64,000 nt of DNA. Source: an uncultured Litoreibacter sp. (lineage in GTDB: Bacteria; Pseudomonadota; Alphaproteobacteria; Rhodobacterales; Rhodobacteraceae). The notes beneath the pieces are model-generated. The model did not search any database and had not been told where the DNA came from. It saw nothing but the letters and a program-made list of their open reading frames with translations. The stretch spans positions 25-64,024 of the forward strand of contig CALHHY010000017.1 in the NCBI GenBank assembly GCA_938030665.1. Reading direction: 5' to 3'. This document shows positions 19,238 to 29,354 of the stretch, in pieces. A program made the translations under genes and the position numbers. Each line of letters opens with the position of its first letter. Position 1 is the stretch's first letter.

Positions 19238-20664
19238 CAGGTCTGCGAGCCGCCGACCGTCAGCCCGCCGATTTTCAGCGTCGGTTGGCCAACGCCCACG
19301 GGCACCCATTGGCCCTGCTTGCCGCAATTGCCCATGCCGGGGTCCAGCGCCATGTCGTTGCCGATGGCCTGGATGTGTTTCAGCGCGGTCGCCCCGTCGC
19401 CAATCAGGGTCGCCCCTTTCACCGGCTCGCCCACGATGCCGTTGCGGACGCGGTAGGCCTCCGTGCAGCTGAAGACGAACTTGCCGTTTGTGATATCGAC
19501 CTGCCCGCCGCCAAAACCCACGGCATATATTCCGTCCTTGAGGTCTTTGACGATTGCCTCAGGCTCCGCATCGCCGCCCAGCATATAGGTGTTGGTCATG
19601 CGTGGCATTGGCGCATGGGCGTAGCTTTGCCGGCGCCCGTTGCCGGTGGCAGGCACCCCCATCAGTCGCGCGTTCTGGCGGTCCTGCATGTAGCCCACCA
19701 ATACACCGTCCTCGATCAGGGTGTTTTTGGCCGAGGGCGTCCCCTCGTCATCGACAGTGATGGAGCCGCGCCGGTCCGGGATCGTCCCGTCATCCAGCAC
19801 CGTCACCCCTTTGGCGGCCACCTGCTGGCCCATCAGCCCCGCAAAGGCGGAGGTTTTCTTGCGGTTGAAATCGCCCTCCAGCCCGTGACCCACGGCCTCG
19901 TGCAGCAGGATGCCGGGCCAGCCGGGCCCGAGGACCACATCCATGACGCCGGCAGGCGCCGGCACCGCATCGAGGTTCACAAGCGCGATGCGCAATGCCT
20001 CGCGTACCAGACCTTCCCATTTGTCGCGCGCCATCAGGGGGGAGAGCAGATCGCGCCCGCCGCTGCTGGCGCTGCCGCCTTCGCGTCGGCCGTCCTTTTC
20101 CGCGATGACGGAGACATTGATCGCCGTCATCGGGCGGTCATCATATACAAGCGTGCCGTCGGGGCGCAGGATCGCTACCTGCTGGTGGGAGGCGGATAGA
20201 GAGGCGGAGACCTGCACCACACGCGGGTCAAGCGCGCGTGCGAAGGCGTCGATTTCCTTCAACAGGTCGACCTTCGCCGGAAAGCTGGTTCCGTCCATCG
20301 GGTTTTCGTCCGTGTAGAGCTTTCGGTTGGTGGCTTTTGGCGCAGCTGCCAATGTGCCGCCCCCTGCGCCCACGGCCAGGCGCGCGGTCTCGGCGGCCCT
20401 TAGCAGGGCGTGTTCCGATATCTCGGTGGCATGGGCGTAGCCTGCCGTCTCACCGCGCACGGCGCGCAGCCCGAACCCTTCGGAGGCGTCGTAGCTTGCG
20501 GTCTTCAACCGGCCATCGTCAAAGCCGAAAACCTCGGCCCGTTTGCGCTCGATAAACAGCTCCCCGTCATCGGCGCCATGGGTGGCGTCACGCAGGATGT
20601 TCAGCGTCCGGTCATGGTCGAGCATCGTCTCGAATGGGGTGAAGGCGTCCATCTTGGCGTTCAT
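19237..20664 (-). CDS. tldD: Metalloprotease TldD
   Basis: GILLHEAVGHGLEGDFNRK, PMPRMTNT, CGKQGQWVPVGVGQP. Confidence 0.97.
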   Translation of the reverse strand: MNAKMDAFTPFETMLDHDRTLNILRDATHGADDGELFIERKRAEVFGFDDGRLKTASYDASEGFGLRAVRGETAGYAHATEISEHALLRAAETARLAVGAGGGTLAAAPKATNRKLYTDENPMDGTSFPAKVDLLKEIDAFARALDPRVVQVSASLSASHQQVAILRPDGTLVYDDRPMTAINVSVIAEKDGRREGGSASSGGRDLLSPLMARDKWEGLVREALRIALVNLDAVPAPAGVMDVVLGPGWPGILLHEAVGHGLEGDFNRKKTSAFAGLMGQQVAAKGVTVLDDGTIPDRRGSITVDDEGTPSAKNTLIEDGVLVGYMQDRQNARLMGVPATGNGRRQSYAHAPMPRMTNTYMLGGDAEPEAIVKDLKDGIYAVGFGGGQVDITNGKFVFSCTEAYRVRNGIVGEPVKGATLIGDGATALKHIQAIGNDMALDPGMGNCGKQGQWVPVGVGQPTLKIGGLTVGGSQT

Positions 20665-20827
20665 GCAACTTGCTCCGTTGGGTCAAAGGCGGATTTGCCT
20701 GCGTCATGGTAGCGCGTGAGCTGTCGTGAGCCTTGCCCCGCAGCTTCTAATATGGTTTTGACTGCCCCAGACGCAACGGGGGATTCCGTGCAGGTGACGC
20801 ACGCCCCCGAAAAGACGGGATAACAAC

Positions 20828-21727
20828 ATGCGACTTTCGACGATTCTGGGCTCCGTGGGCTCCCTTTTTGCAGCAGGCGGCGCGTGGGCGCAGTCCAACC
20901 TCGACAACCCGCTTGGTGATTTGGAGATCATCGGCAAGCCGGTGCCCGACGGCGTGGGCTTCCAGCCTGCGGTCACCGAATTGGCGCGCGACATTCACTG
21001 GCTCGACAACTTTGTGCTGATCATCATCACCGTGATCACCCTGTTTGTGACCGCCCTTCTGGCCTACGCGGCCTGGAAATTCGCCGCCAAGCGCCACCCG
21101 GAGCCTGCAAGCTTTACCCACAATTCGGTGTTGGAGGTCGCGTGGACCGTTGTGCCGATCCTGATCCTGGTTGTGATCGGGGCTTTCTCCATCCCGGTGC
21201 TGTTCAAGCAGCAGCAAATACCCGAGGGCGACGTTGTCATCAAGGTGACGGGCTACCAGTGGTACTGGGGCTATGAATATGTCGACGAGGGCTTCGGCTT
21301 TGACAGCTTTATGATTGGTGCGGGCGACAACCGCCTGACGCCTGAAGTCTCCGCTGAGCTGCAAGAAGCCGGCTACTCGGACGAGGAATTCCTGCTCGCC
21401 ACAGATACTTCCGTGGTTGTGCCCGTGGGTCAGACCGTCGTGATGCAGGTGACCGGTGCCGATGTGATCCACTCCTGGACCATCCCGTCCTTTGGCGTGA
21501 AGCAGGACGCGGTGCCGGGCCGTCTGGCCGAGCTGTGGTTCACGGCTGAGCAGGAAGGCGTCTATTTCGGCCAATGCTCCGAGCTATGCGGCCAGGCCCA
21601 TGCCTATATGCCTATCACGGTTAAGGTCGTCTCGGAAGAGGCCTATGCCGCCTGGCTGGAAGCAGCAAAAGAGGAATATGCCGGGATCGCCCCTGCGCCG
21701 AAAACCATCGAAGTCGCTTCCAAGTAA
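20828..21727 (+). CDS. ctaC: Cytochrome c oxidase subunit II
   Basis: [16 protein letters not shown], CuA motif [12 protein letters not shown]. Confidence 0.98.
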   Translation: MRLSTILGSVGSLFAAGGAWAQSNLDNPLGDLEIIGKPVPDGVGFQPAVTELARDIHWLDNFVLIIITVITLFVTALLAYAAWKFAAKRHPEPASFTHNSVLEVAWTVVPILILVVIGAFSIPVLFKQQQIPEGDVVIKVTGYQWYWGYEYVDEGFGFDSFMIGAGDNRLTPEVSAELQEAGYSDEEFLLATDTSVVVPVGQTVVMQVTGADVIHSWTIPSFGVKQDAVPGRLAELWFTAEQEGVYFGQCSELCGQAHAYMPITVKVVSEEAYAAWLEAAKEEYAGIAPAPKTIEVASK

Positions 21728-21793
21728 TCCTGTGACATTACAACCCGCAGACTGTGCGGGTTGTCCCCATTTCAAGCAGCTCTGGACCTGACC

Positions 21794-22735
21794 ATGACAG
21801 ATGCCACGCAACAGATAGGCTCCTACGAGGACGAGGCGCAGTTTGGCGATTACGTCGCCCTGCTGAAGCCGCGAGTCATGTCGCTGGTCGTCTTCACGGC
21901 CGCGGTCGGTGTCTTTGTGGCGCCGGTCTCTGTGCACCCGTTTGTGGCTTTCGTGGCCATCCTGTTCATCGCGCTTGGCGGCGGGGCCTCGGGCGCGCTG
22001 AACATGTGGTATGACCATGACATTGACGCGGTGATGAAGCGCACATCACGCCGCCCCGTGCCTGCGGGCAAGGTCACAAAGGGTGAGGCGCTGTCGATCG
22101 GGCTTTGGCTGTCGGGCATCGCGGTCGTGATGCTGGGGCTTGCAGCCAACTGGGTCGCGGCTGGTATCCTTGCGTTCACCATCTTTTTCTACGCTGTTAT
22201 CTACACGATGTGGCTGAAACGCTGGACGCCGCAGAACATCGTTATCGGCGGCGCCGCAGGGGCTTTCCCACCGATGATCGGCTGGGCCGTGGCCACGGGC
22301 GGCGTGTCGGTCGAAAGCGTGCTGATGTTCGCGATCATCTTCATGTGGACGCCGCCGCATTTCTGGGCGTTGGCGCTGTTCATGAACGAGGATTATTCGA
22401 AGGCAGGCGTGCCGATGCTGACGGTTACGCATGGCCGCCGCGTCACCCGCACCCATATCTTGGCCTATGCCACGATCCTCGCGCCGCTGGCCGTGGGGGC
22501 CGCTTTCACTTCCATCGGCGGGTGGATTTACCTGCTGGCCGCGCTCTACTTGAACGTGCGTTTCGTTTTCGGAGCCTACAAGCTGTGGCAGCGCGACGAG
22601 GTGCAGTCAGAGGCTGACAGCTACGCCGCCGAGAAGAAATACTTCCGTTTTTCCCTGACCTACCTTTTTGCGTCCTTCGGCGCGCTGCTGCTGCAGGCTT
22701 TCTGGGTGCAGGGCTTTGGCATGGGGGCTTGGTAG
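21794..22735 (+). CDS. ctaB: Protoheme IX farnesyltransferase (haem O synthase)
   Basis: LLKPRVMSLVVFT, D.DIDAVMKRT..RP, WTPPHFWALAL. Confidence 0.97.
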   Translation: MTDATQQIGSYEDEAQFGDYVALLKPRVMSLVVFTAAVGVFVAPVSVHPFVAFVAILFIALGGGASGALNMWYDHDIDAVMKRTSRRPVPAGKVTKGEALSIGLWLSGIAVVMLGLAANWVAAGILAFTIFFYAVIYTMWLKRWTPQNIVIGGAAGAFPPMIGWAVATGGVSVESVLMFAIIFMWTPPHFWALALFMNEDYSKAGVPMLTVTHGRRVTRTHILAYATILAPLAVGAAFTSIGGWIYLLAALYLNVRFVFGAYKLWQRDEVQSEADSYAAEKKYFRFSLTYLFASFGALLLQAFWVQGFGMGAW

Positions 22736-22736
22736 C

Positions 22737-22943
22737 ATGGCCGCACCGCAAGTAGAGCATGAGCTGCACACCCGCCGCTTCTCCCGCAATCTGGGGGTCG
22801 CGCTGACGCTGGTTTGCTTCGTCTTCATCGTCTTCGGGCTGACCTATGTCAAAATCACCAATGGTGGGTTGAACCAGGGCTTTGACCATGTGGTCCGCCC
22901 CGAACTGATGCCCCTTGAGGGCGCTGTGACGGAGGGCAACTAG
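22737..22943 (+). CDS. Small single-TM protein of the cta operon
   Basis: EHELHTRRFSRNLGVALTL...LTYVKI...FDHVVRP; between ctaB and ctaG with 1-2 bp gaps. Confidence 0.8.
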   Translation: MAAPQVEHELHTRRFSRNLGVALTLVCFVFIVFGLTYVKITNGGLNQGFDHVVRPELMPLEGAVTEGN

Positions 22944-22945
22944 CG

Positions 22946-23551
22946 ATGCTAAGCAAGCTTGAGCCCACACAACGCACGCTGGTGATGCTGGTCGGCATGG
23001 TGGTGACGATGGTTGGCCTCTCCTTCGCGTCGGTGCCGCTCTATGACTGGTTTTGCCGGGTGACGGGCTACGGCGGCGCGACGCTGGAGGCTGATGCGGG
23101 CTCCGACGTGGTGCTCGACAAGACTGTGAAGGTGCGGTTTGACGCGTCGAAACATTCCGGCTTCCCGTGGGAATTCAAGCCCATGCAGCGCGAGATGGAA
23201 GTCCGCATTGGGGAGACGGGGCTCGCCTTCTACGAGGCCTACAACCCGACCGACGCGCCGATTGCCGGCTCCTCCACCTATAATGTCTTTCCGTTCACCG
23301 CGGGCGGCTTCTTCGTGAAGATCGACTGCTTCTGCTTTGAGGAGCAGGTCTTGCAGCCCGGCGAGCGGGTGGAGATGCCGGTGACCTTCTACGTCGACCC
23401 TGACATGGTCGAGGACCGCGACGGGCAACATATCAAGACGATTACGCTCAGCTACACATTCTACCAGATCGATCTGCCCGAACTTTCCGAGGACACGCAG
23501 GCGGCGCTGGACATTGACGCCGCACCGGCGCAAAACACGACAACGAACTAA
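22946..23551 (+). CDS. ctaG: Cytochrome c oxidase assembly protein (Cox11)
   Basis: VPLYDWFCRVTGYGG, KIDCFCFEEQ, ITLSYTF. Confidence 0.97.
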   Translation: MLSKLEPTQRTLVMLVGMVVTMVGLSFASVPLYDWFCRVTGYGGATLEADAGSDVVLDKTVKVRFDASKHSGFPWEFKPMQREMEVRIGETGLAFYEAYNPTDAPIAGSSTYNVFPFTAGGFFVKIDCFCFEEQVLQPGERVEMPVTFYVDPDMVEDRDGQHIKTITLSYTFYQIDLPELSEDTQAALDIDAAPAQNTTTN

Positions 23552-23569
23552 AGGCCACGAGGGACAACC

Positions 23570-24370
23570 ATGGCGCACGCAAAAAACCACGACTACCACA
23601 TTCTGCCCCCGTCGATTAACCCGTTCCTGGGGGCTCTCGCCGCTTTCGTCATGCTCTCCGGCTCGGTGCTGTGGATGAAGGGGGGCAGTCCGTGGATGTT
23701 CCTGATCGGGCTGGCAGGCGTGCTATACGTCATGTTCAGCTGGTGGTCCGACGTGATCGAGGAAAGCCAGGTGGGCGACCACACGCCTGTGGTGCGTATC
23801 GGCCTGCGCTATGGCTTCATCTTCTTCATCATGTCCGAGGTCATGTTCTTCGTGGCATGGTTCTGGTCCTTCTTTAAACACGCCATGTACCCGATGGGCC
23901 CCCAAAGCCCCGCCGTCGATGGTGTCTGGCCGCCTGCCGGGATCGAGACATTTGACCCATGGCACCTGCCGCTGATCAACACGCTGATCCTGCTGTGCTC
24001 CGGTGCGGCGGCGACCTGGGCGCACCACGCGCTGGCGCATGAAAACAACCGCAAGGACCTGAAATCCGGCCTGATCATCGCGGTCATTCTTGGGCTCGTC
24101 TTCACCGCTTTCCAGGCCTACGAATACAGCCATGCGGCCTTCGGGTTCTCCGGCAATATCTATGGCGCCAACTTCTTCATGGCGACGGGCTTTCACGGCT
24201 TCCACGTGATCATCGGCACGATCTTCCTGTTCGTGTGCCTGCTGCGCGTCTATGCTGGCCATTTCACGCAAGAGAAGCATGTAGGATTTGAGGCCGCGGC
24301 CTGGTACTGGCACTTCGTGGACGTGGTCTGGCTGTTCCTTTTTGCGGCGGTCTATATCTGGGGCGGCTAA
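23570..24370 (+). CDS. ctaE: Cytochrome c oxidase subunit III
   Basis: [36 protein letters not shown]. Confidence 0.98.
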   Translation: MAHAKNHDYHILPPSINPFLGALAAFVMLSGSVLWMKGGSPWMFLIGLAGVLYVMFSWWSDVIEESQVGDHTPVVRIGLRYGFIFFIMSEVMFFVAWFWSFFKHAMYPMGPQSPAVDGVWPPAGIETFDPWHLPLINTLILLCSGAAATWAHHALAHENNRKDLKSGLIIAVILGLVFTAFQAYEYSHAAFGFSGNIYGANFFMATGFHGFHVIIGTIFLFVCLLRVYAGHFTQEKHVGFEAAAWYWHFVDVVWLFLFAAVYIWGG

Positions 24371-24414
24371 TTTTCTGGGACAGAAAATTTGACAAAAGTT
24401 TCGAAGAAACTTTT
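24369..24414. repeat. AT-rich twin-hairpin element, copy A
   Basis: AATTTTCTG-GGA-CAGAAAATT, TGAC, AAAAGTTTC-GAA-GAAACTTTT. Confidence 0.8.
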
Positions 24415-24456
24415 TGCGCGCGGAGGTCATCCTTCGCGCGTCTTGATTGAAAAGCA

Positions 24457-25134
24457 ATGACAAAGCGAATGATCATCCCGGCGCTCTTTGGCCTGATCGG
24501 CTGCGCCATCCTGTTGTCGCTTGGGACCTGGCAGATGCAGCGGCTGGCGTGGAAACAGGGCATCCTTGCGCAGATCGACAAAAAGATTGCCACGGCACCT
24601 GTCCCGCTTCCTCAGGCGCCTAACCGGGACGACGACCTGTATCTGCCTGTCGAATTGAAGGGCGATTTCACCGCAGATGAGCTGCATGTCCTGTTCTCCA
24701 TCAAGAACCAGGGGCCGGGCTACCGGGTGATTTCCGCCTTTGAGACGCAGGCCGGTCGCCGGGTCATGGTGGATCGCGGCTTTGTGCCGACATCTGAGAA
24801 AGTCGCGGACCGGGCCGCCACTGGTGTTCGGGTGCAAGGCAACCTCCATTGGCCTGACGAGGTAGATGGGTTCACCCCCGCACCGGACCGCGACGCCAAT
24901 ATCTGGTTTGCCCGCAACATCGAGGCGATGGCCGAAGCGCTGGAAACGGAGCCATTGCTCGTCGTGGCCCGCGCGACATCGGAGATCACGCCAGCCGCGC
25001 GCCCGGTGCCGGTGACCACCCAAGGCATCCCGAATGACCACCTGCAATACGCCATCACCTGGTTTCTGCTCGCCGCTGCCTGGGCGGGGATGACAGCCTA
25101 TCTGCTTTGGCGTATCAGGCAACGAACCGTCTGA
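24457..25134 (+). CDS. surf1: SURF1 family protein
   Basis: LGTWQMQRLAWK, VDRGFVP, IPNDHLQYAITWF. Confidence 0.95.
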   Translation: MTKRMIIPALFGLIGCAILLSLGTWQMQRLAWKQGILAQIDKKIATAPVPLPQAPNRDDDLYLPVELKGDFTADELHVLFSIKNQGPGYRVISAFETQAGRRVMVDRGFVPTSEKVADRAATGVRVQGNLHWPDEVDGFTPAPDRDANIWFARNIEAMAEALETEPLLVVARATSEITPAARPVPVTTQGIPNDHLQYAITWFLLAAAWAGMTAYLLWRIRQRTV

Positions 25135-25145
25135 AGGACCGCGAC

Positions 25146-26534
25146 ATGCGCTATATTTCCACCCGCGGCAACGCCCCCGTTCTGAGCTTCGAGCAGGCCA
25201 TGCTGACTGGGCTTGCCCGCGATGGCGGGCTCTACTTGCCCGACGCTATCCCCACCCTCTCGGTCGACGATATCCGGGCCATGCGGGGCCAAAGCTATGA
25301 AGACGTCGCCTTCACCGTGATGCGCCCCTTCATCGGCGACACGTTCACCGATGCCGAGTTCCGGGAGATCATCGCCAAGGCCTATGCGGGCTTTGGCCAT
25401 GCCGCCCGCGCGCCTCTTGGGCAATTGGCTCCCAACCATTTCCTGTTGGAGCTGTTCCATGGGCCAACGCTGGCTTTCAAGGACTTCGCCATGCAGTTGA
25501 TCGGGCAGCTGTTTCAAGCAGCCCTCAGCCGCTCAGGCGAGCGGGTGACCATCGTTGGGGCCACCTCCGGCGATACGGGCTCTGCCGCGATTGAGGCGTT
25601 CAAGGGGTTGGACGCCGTGGATGTGTTCATCATGTATCCCGATGGCCGCGTCTCTGAGGTGCAGCGCCGGCAAATGACGACCTGCACCGCAAGCAACGTG
25701 CATGCGCTGGCTGTGGAAGGCGATTTCGATACCTGCCAAGGCGCGTTGAAGGACATGTTCAACGATTTTGACTTCCGCGACGGGGTGCGGCTGGCCGGGG
25801 TCAATTCGATCAACTTCGCCCGCGTGCTGGCGCAGGTGGTCTACTATTTCACCTCCGCCGTATCGCTTGGGGCACCGGACAGGGCCGTCAGCTTCACGGT
25901 GCCGACCGGCAATTTCGGCGACATTTTCGCAGGCTACATCGCCAAGCAGATGGGGCTACCGATAGAGAAGCTGGTCATCGCTACAAACCAGAATGACATC
26001 CTGCACCGGACACTAGAGACCGGCAGCTACACGACCGAGGGGGTGACACCCTCCATCAGCCCGTCGATGGACATTCAGGTCAGCTCCAATTTCGAGCGCG
26101 CCTTGTTCTATGCCTACGACCAGGACGGCGCGGCTGTGGCCGAGCAGATGGACAGCTTGAAGGCGGGCGGCGCATTCAAGATCAGCCAGGGCGCCTATCA
26201 GGCCTTGCAGGAAACCTACGCCTCGGGTCGGGCGTCCGAAGAACAGACCTCAATGATGATCACCAATGCGCAGGCCGAGATGGGGGAGCTTTTGTGCCCG
26301 CATTCCGCCGTGGGTGTCCATGTCGCGCAAAACCATCTTGGCGCGACGCCCATGATTACGCTTGCGACCGCCCATCCGGCGAAATTCCCGGCAGCGGTAG
26401 AAGCGGCTTCCGGCCAGCACCCGCCGCTGCCTGCCCGCATGGCCGACCTCTACGACCGCGACGAGACCATCACCCATGTGAAGGGCGAGCTGTCCGCAAT
26501 CCAAACCATCATCCGCGAACGGATCTCCGCATGA
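25146..26534 (+). CDS. thrC: Threonine synthase
   Basis: YISTRG, LELFHGPTLAFKD, ATSGDTG, VPTGNFGD, TAHPAKF. Confidence 0.98.
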   Translation: MRYISTRGNAPVLSFEQAMLTGLARDGGLYLPDAIPTLSVDDIRAMRGQSYEDVAFTVMRPFIGDTFTDAEFREIIAKAYAGFGHAARAPLGQLAPNHFLLELFHGPTLAFKDFAMQLIGQLFQAALSRSGERVTIVGATSGDTGSAAIEAFKGLDAVDVFIMYPDGRVSEVQRRQMTTCTASNVHALAVEGDFDTCQGALKDMFNDFDFRDGVRLAGVNSINFARVLAQVVYYFTSAVSLGAPDRAVSFTVPTGNFGDIFAGYIAKQMGLPIEKLVIATNQNDILHRTLETGSYTTEGVTPSISPSMDIQVSSNFERALFYAYDQDGAAVAEQMDSLKAGGAFKISQGAYQALQETYASGRASEEQTSMMITNAQAEMGELLCPHSAVGVHVAQNHLGATPMITLATAHPAKFPAAVEAASGQHPPLPARMADLYDRDETITHVKGELSAIQTIIRERISA

Positions 26535-27796
26535 GCGCGCCGCAGCTGCACCGACTGCCCAATGGTTTCCGCGTGGTGACGGAGCATATGCCGGGGCTTG
26601 AGAGCGCCTCCATCGGGATCTGGGTCAGCGCCGGGGGCCGGCACGAGCGGGTCAGCCAGAACGGCATCGCGCATTTTCTTGAACATATGGCCTTCAAAGG
26701 CACCAAGCGGCGTAGCGCCTTGCAGATCGCCGAAGAGATCGAAGATGTCGGCGGCTATATCAACGCCTATACGTCCCGCGAGGTGACCGCGTATTACGCC
26801 CGCGTGCTGAAAGACGACGTGGCGCTTGGGTTGGATGTGATCGCGGATATCCTGCGCAACCCGGTCTTTGACCCCCATGAGATCGAGGTGGAGCGCGGCG
26901 TTATCCTGCAGGAGATCGGGCAATCGCTTGATACGCCTGACGATGTGGTTTTCGACTGGCTGCAGGAAGCGGCCTTCCCCGATCAGCCCATTGGCCGCAC
27001 CATTCTGGGGCCCTCGGAACGCATTTCCGCCTTCTCGCGCGCGGACCTGTCTGAATTTGTGGCAGAGCATTACGGGCCGGGTCAGATGATCCTGTCGGCC
27101 GCGGGGGCGATTGACCATGACGCTGTGCTGCGTATGGCTGAAGATCTGTTCGGCGACATGGAGGCGCGCCCGGCGCTGGTAGCAGAGCCGGCCCGCTTTG
27201 CCGCAGGAGAGCGGCGGGAGATAAAACCGCTGGAGCAGGCGCATTTCACTTTTGGCCTGGAAGCGCCGGGATACCGGGACGACGCATTTTTCACGTCGCA
27301 GGTCTTCGCCTCGGCGTTTGGCGGCGGCATGTCCTCCCGCCTGTTTCAGGAGGCGCGGGAGAAACGCGGCTTGTGCTACTCGGTCTTCGCGCAGGTGGGC
27401 AGCTATAGCGACACTGGCATGATGACGATCTACGCGGGCACCTCGGGCGAAGACATCGCGGGGCTAGCGGACCTTTGCGTGGATGAGCTGAAGCGGGCGG
27501 CCGATGACATGTCGGAAGCCGAAGTGGCGCGGGCGCGGGCACAGATGAAAGCAGGGATGCTGATGGGGCTCGAAAGCCCGTCCGCGCGGGCCGAACGGCT
27601 GGCGCGCTTGGTGGGTATCTGGGACCGGGTGCCGCCCTTGTCTGAGACCATCGACAAGATTGACGCGATTGACGTGGCCCGCGTTCGGACCTTCGCCGCG
27701 CAGATGGCGGGGCAGGGCGCTGCGGCGATGGCGCTTTACGGGCCGGTCTCGCAGGCGCGCGATCTGCAGACCCTGACGCGGAAACTGGCCGCCTGA
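26531..27796 (+). CDS. M16 family (MPP-like) zinc peptidase
   Basis: HFLEHMAFKGT inverted zinc motif, GGGMSSRLFQ; ATGA overlap with thrC. Confidence 0.95.
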   Translation: MSAPQLHRLPNGFRVVTEHMPGLESASIGIWVSAGGRHERVSQNGIAHFLEHMAFKGTKRRSALQIAEEIEDVGGYINAYTSREVTAYYARVLKDDVALGLDVIADILRNPVFDPHEIEVERGVILQEIGQSLDTPDDVVFDWLQEAAFPDQPIGRTILGPSERISAFSRADLSEFVAEHYGPGQMILSAAGAIDHDAVLRMAEDLFGDMEARPALVAEPARFAAGERREIKPLEQAHFTFGLEAPGYRDDAFFTSQVFASAFGGGMSSRLFQEAREKRGLCYSVFAQVGSYSDTGMMTIYAGTSGEDIAGLADLCVDELKRAADDMSEAEVARARAQMKAGMLMGLESPSARAERLARLVGIWDRVPPLSETIDKIDAIDVARVRTFAAQMAGQGAAAMALYGPVSQARDLQTLTRKLAA

Positions 27797-27800
27797 TCCG

Positions 27801-28385
27801 ATGCTGACCTCGCGCCGCAAGATCAAGATCGAGACGGAGCGCATGACGTTGCGCCTGCCGCAGCATGGCGACTACAGGCCCTGGGCCGCGTTGCGGGCGG
27901 AAAGCACCGGTTTTCTGACCCCGTGGGAGCCGGTCTGGGCCTCTGACCACCTGAGCCGCAAGAGCTTCACCAACCGTGTCTACTGGGCGCAGCGGTCGGT
28001 GAATTCGGGCAGCGCCGTGCCGCTATTCATGTTCCGGCGCGAGGATAAGGCCCTTCTGGGAGCGATCACGCTCGACAATATCCGTCGCGGCCCGTCACAG
28101 GCCGGAACGCTTGGATACTGGATAGGCCAGCGACACGCGCGCCAGGGCTTCATGCGCGAGGCCATCGCGGCGGTGGTCCATCATGGGTTCACCCGCCTCG
28201 ATCTCAGCCGGATTGAGGCTGCTTGCCTGCCGGAAAACACCGCGTCCCGCGGAGTGCTGGAGAAGGCAGGGTTCAAATATGAGGGCGTGGCGCAAAGCTA
28301 CCTGCAGATCGGCGGGCGCTGGCGCAACCACGTCCTTTACGCAAACCTGCGCGCTGATCGGCGCGGGCGCACGGATGTCAGGTGA
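27801..28385 (+). CDS. RimJ-like GNAT N-acetyltransferase
   Basis: FLTPWEP, LGYWIG, RIEAACLPENTASRGVLEKAGF, WRNH. Confidence 0.9.
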   Translation: MLTSRRKIKIETERMTLRLPQHGDYRPWAALRAESTGFLTPWEPVWASDHLSRKSFTNRVYWAQRSVNSGSAVPLFMFRREDKALLGAITLDNIRRGPSQAGTLGYWIGQRHARQGFMREAIAAVVHHGFTRLDLSRIEAACLPENTASRGVLEKAGFKYEGVAQSYLQIGGRWRNHVLYANLRADRRGRTDVR

Positions 28386-28386
28386 G

Positions 28387-28432
28387 CAATTTTTTGGCAC
28401 AAAAAATTGGCAAAACTCCGTGCTAGAGTTTT
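28387..28432. repeat. AT-rich twin-hairpin element, copy B
   Basis: CAATTTTTTG-GCA-CAAAAAATTG, GC, AAAACTC-CGTGCTA-GAGTTTT. Confidence 0.8.
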
Positions 28433-28493
28433 TTCCAGCGCCCTAAGCGGATGTGATTTTTGAAAATGGCCGGCTCTGCGCTAAGCTCAAGTC

Positions 28494-29315
28494 ATGCGCT
28501 TTCTCATATTTCTCGCCCTCTTCATTCCGCAACTGGCCCTTGCGCAGGACCGACGGCCGTCCCATTGCATTGCTCTGGCACAGAATACGCCGGGCGCGAC
28601 CTATCTACATCACGCCAATTGGACGGAGCCCCTGGCGAATGACACCGTCAGGCTAACCTATATCGATCACGCCATGTTCCTGCTGCAGACCCAAGGGGGT
28701 CTAAGCGCTGTGACCGATTATGTAGGGTTCACCCCGCAGGTGTCGCTGATCCCTGATGTTGTGACGATGAACCACGCCCATTCCAGCCACTGGACCGCCT
28801 TTCCCGACCCGGCCATCCCCCATGTGCTGGAAGGCTGGAAAACCGGCGGGGTGGCCGACCACCACCTTGATTTGGGGGAGATGCTGGTGCGCAATGTGCC
28901 GACCGACATCCGCTCCCGCTTCGATGCCGGGGTGGAGAAGAACGGCAATTCGATCTTCATTTTCGAGGTTGCGGGCCTTTGCATCGGCCATCTGGGCCAC
29001 CTCCATCACGAACCCGATCCCGCACAATATGCCGCTATTGGCAGGCTTGATGTGGTCATGGCCGCTGTCGATGGCGGGTTGTCCCTTGATACGCCGACCA
29101 TGACGCGGGTGCTGAAGCGCCTACGGTCATCACTGGTGATCCCCATGCATTGGTTTGGCCGTGCGTCGCTTTCCACCTTCCTGCGCGACATGTCGGACAC
29201 GTTTGACGTAGTGGAGCCCGATACAAGCTTCATCGAGGTCTCCCTGCGGTCGTTGCCATCGCGGCCGACCATCATGGTGCTGAACCCCATCTACATCAAC
29301 CCGATCCCGGATTAG
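28494..29315 (+). CDS. Secreted MBL-fold metallo-hydrolase
   Basis: Signal peptide; MNHAHSSH, GHLGHLHH, VIPMHW. Confidence 0.88.
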   Translation: MRFLIFLALFIPQLALAQDRRPSHCIALAQNTPGATYLHHANWTEPLANDTVRLTYIDHAMFLLQTQGGLSAVTDYVGFTPQVSLIPDVVTMNHAHSSHWTAFPDPAIPHVLEGWKTGGVADHHLDLGEMLVRNVPTDIRSRFDAGVEKNGNSIFIFEVAGLCIGHLGHLHHEPDPAQYAAIGRLDVVMAAVDGGLSLDTPTMTRVLKRLRSSLVIPMHWFGRASLSTFLRDMSDTFDVVEPDTSFIEVSLRSLPSRPTIMVLNPIYINPIPD

Positions 29316-29354
29316 CAGATTGCAAATCGCGGTCTGTCGGGCCTAACTGCTTTC

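Noticed and set aside
20828-25134. Cytochrome c oxidase cluster lacking subunit I (ctaD)
   Set aside because: ctaD is normally unlinked from ctaC-B-G-E in Rhodobacter/Paracoccus relatives
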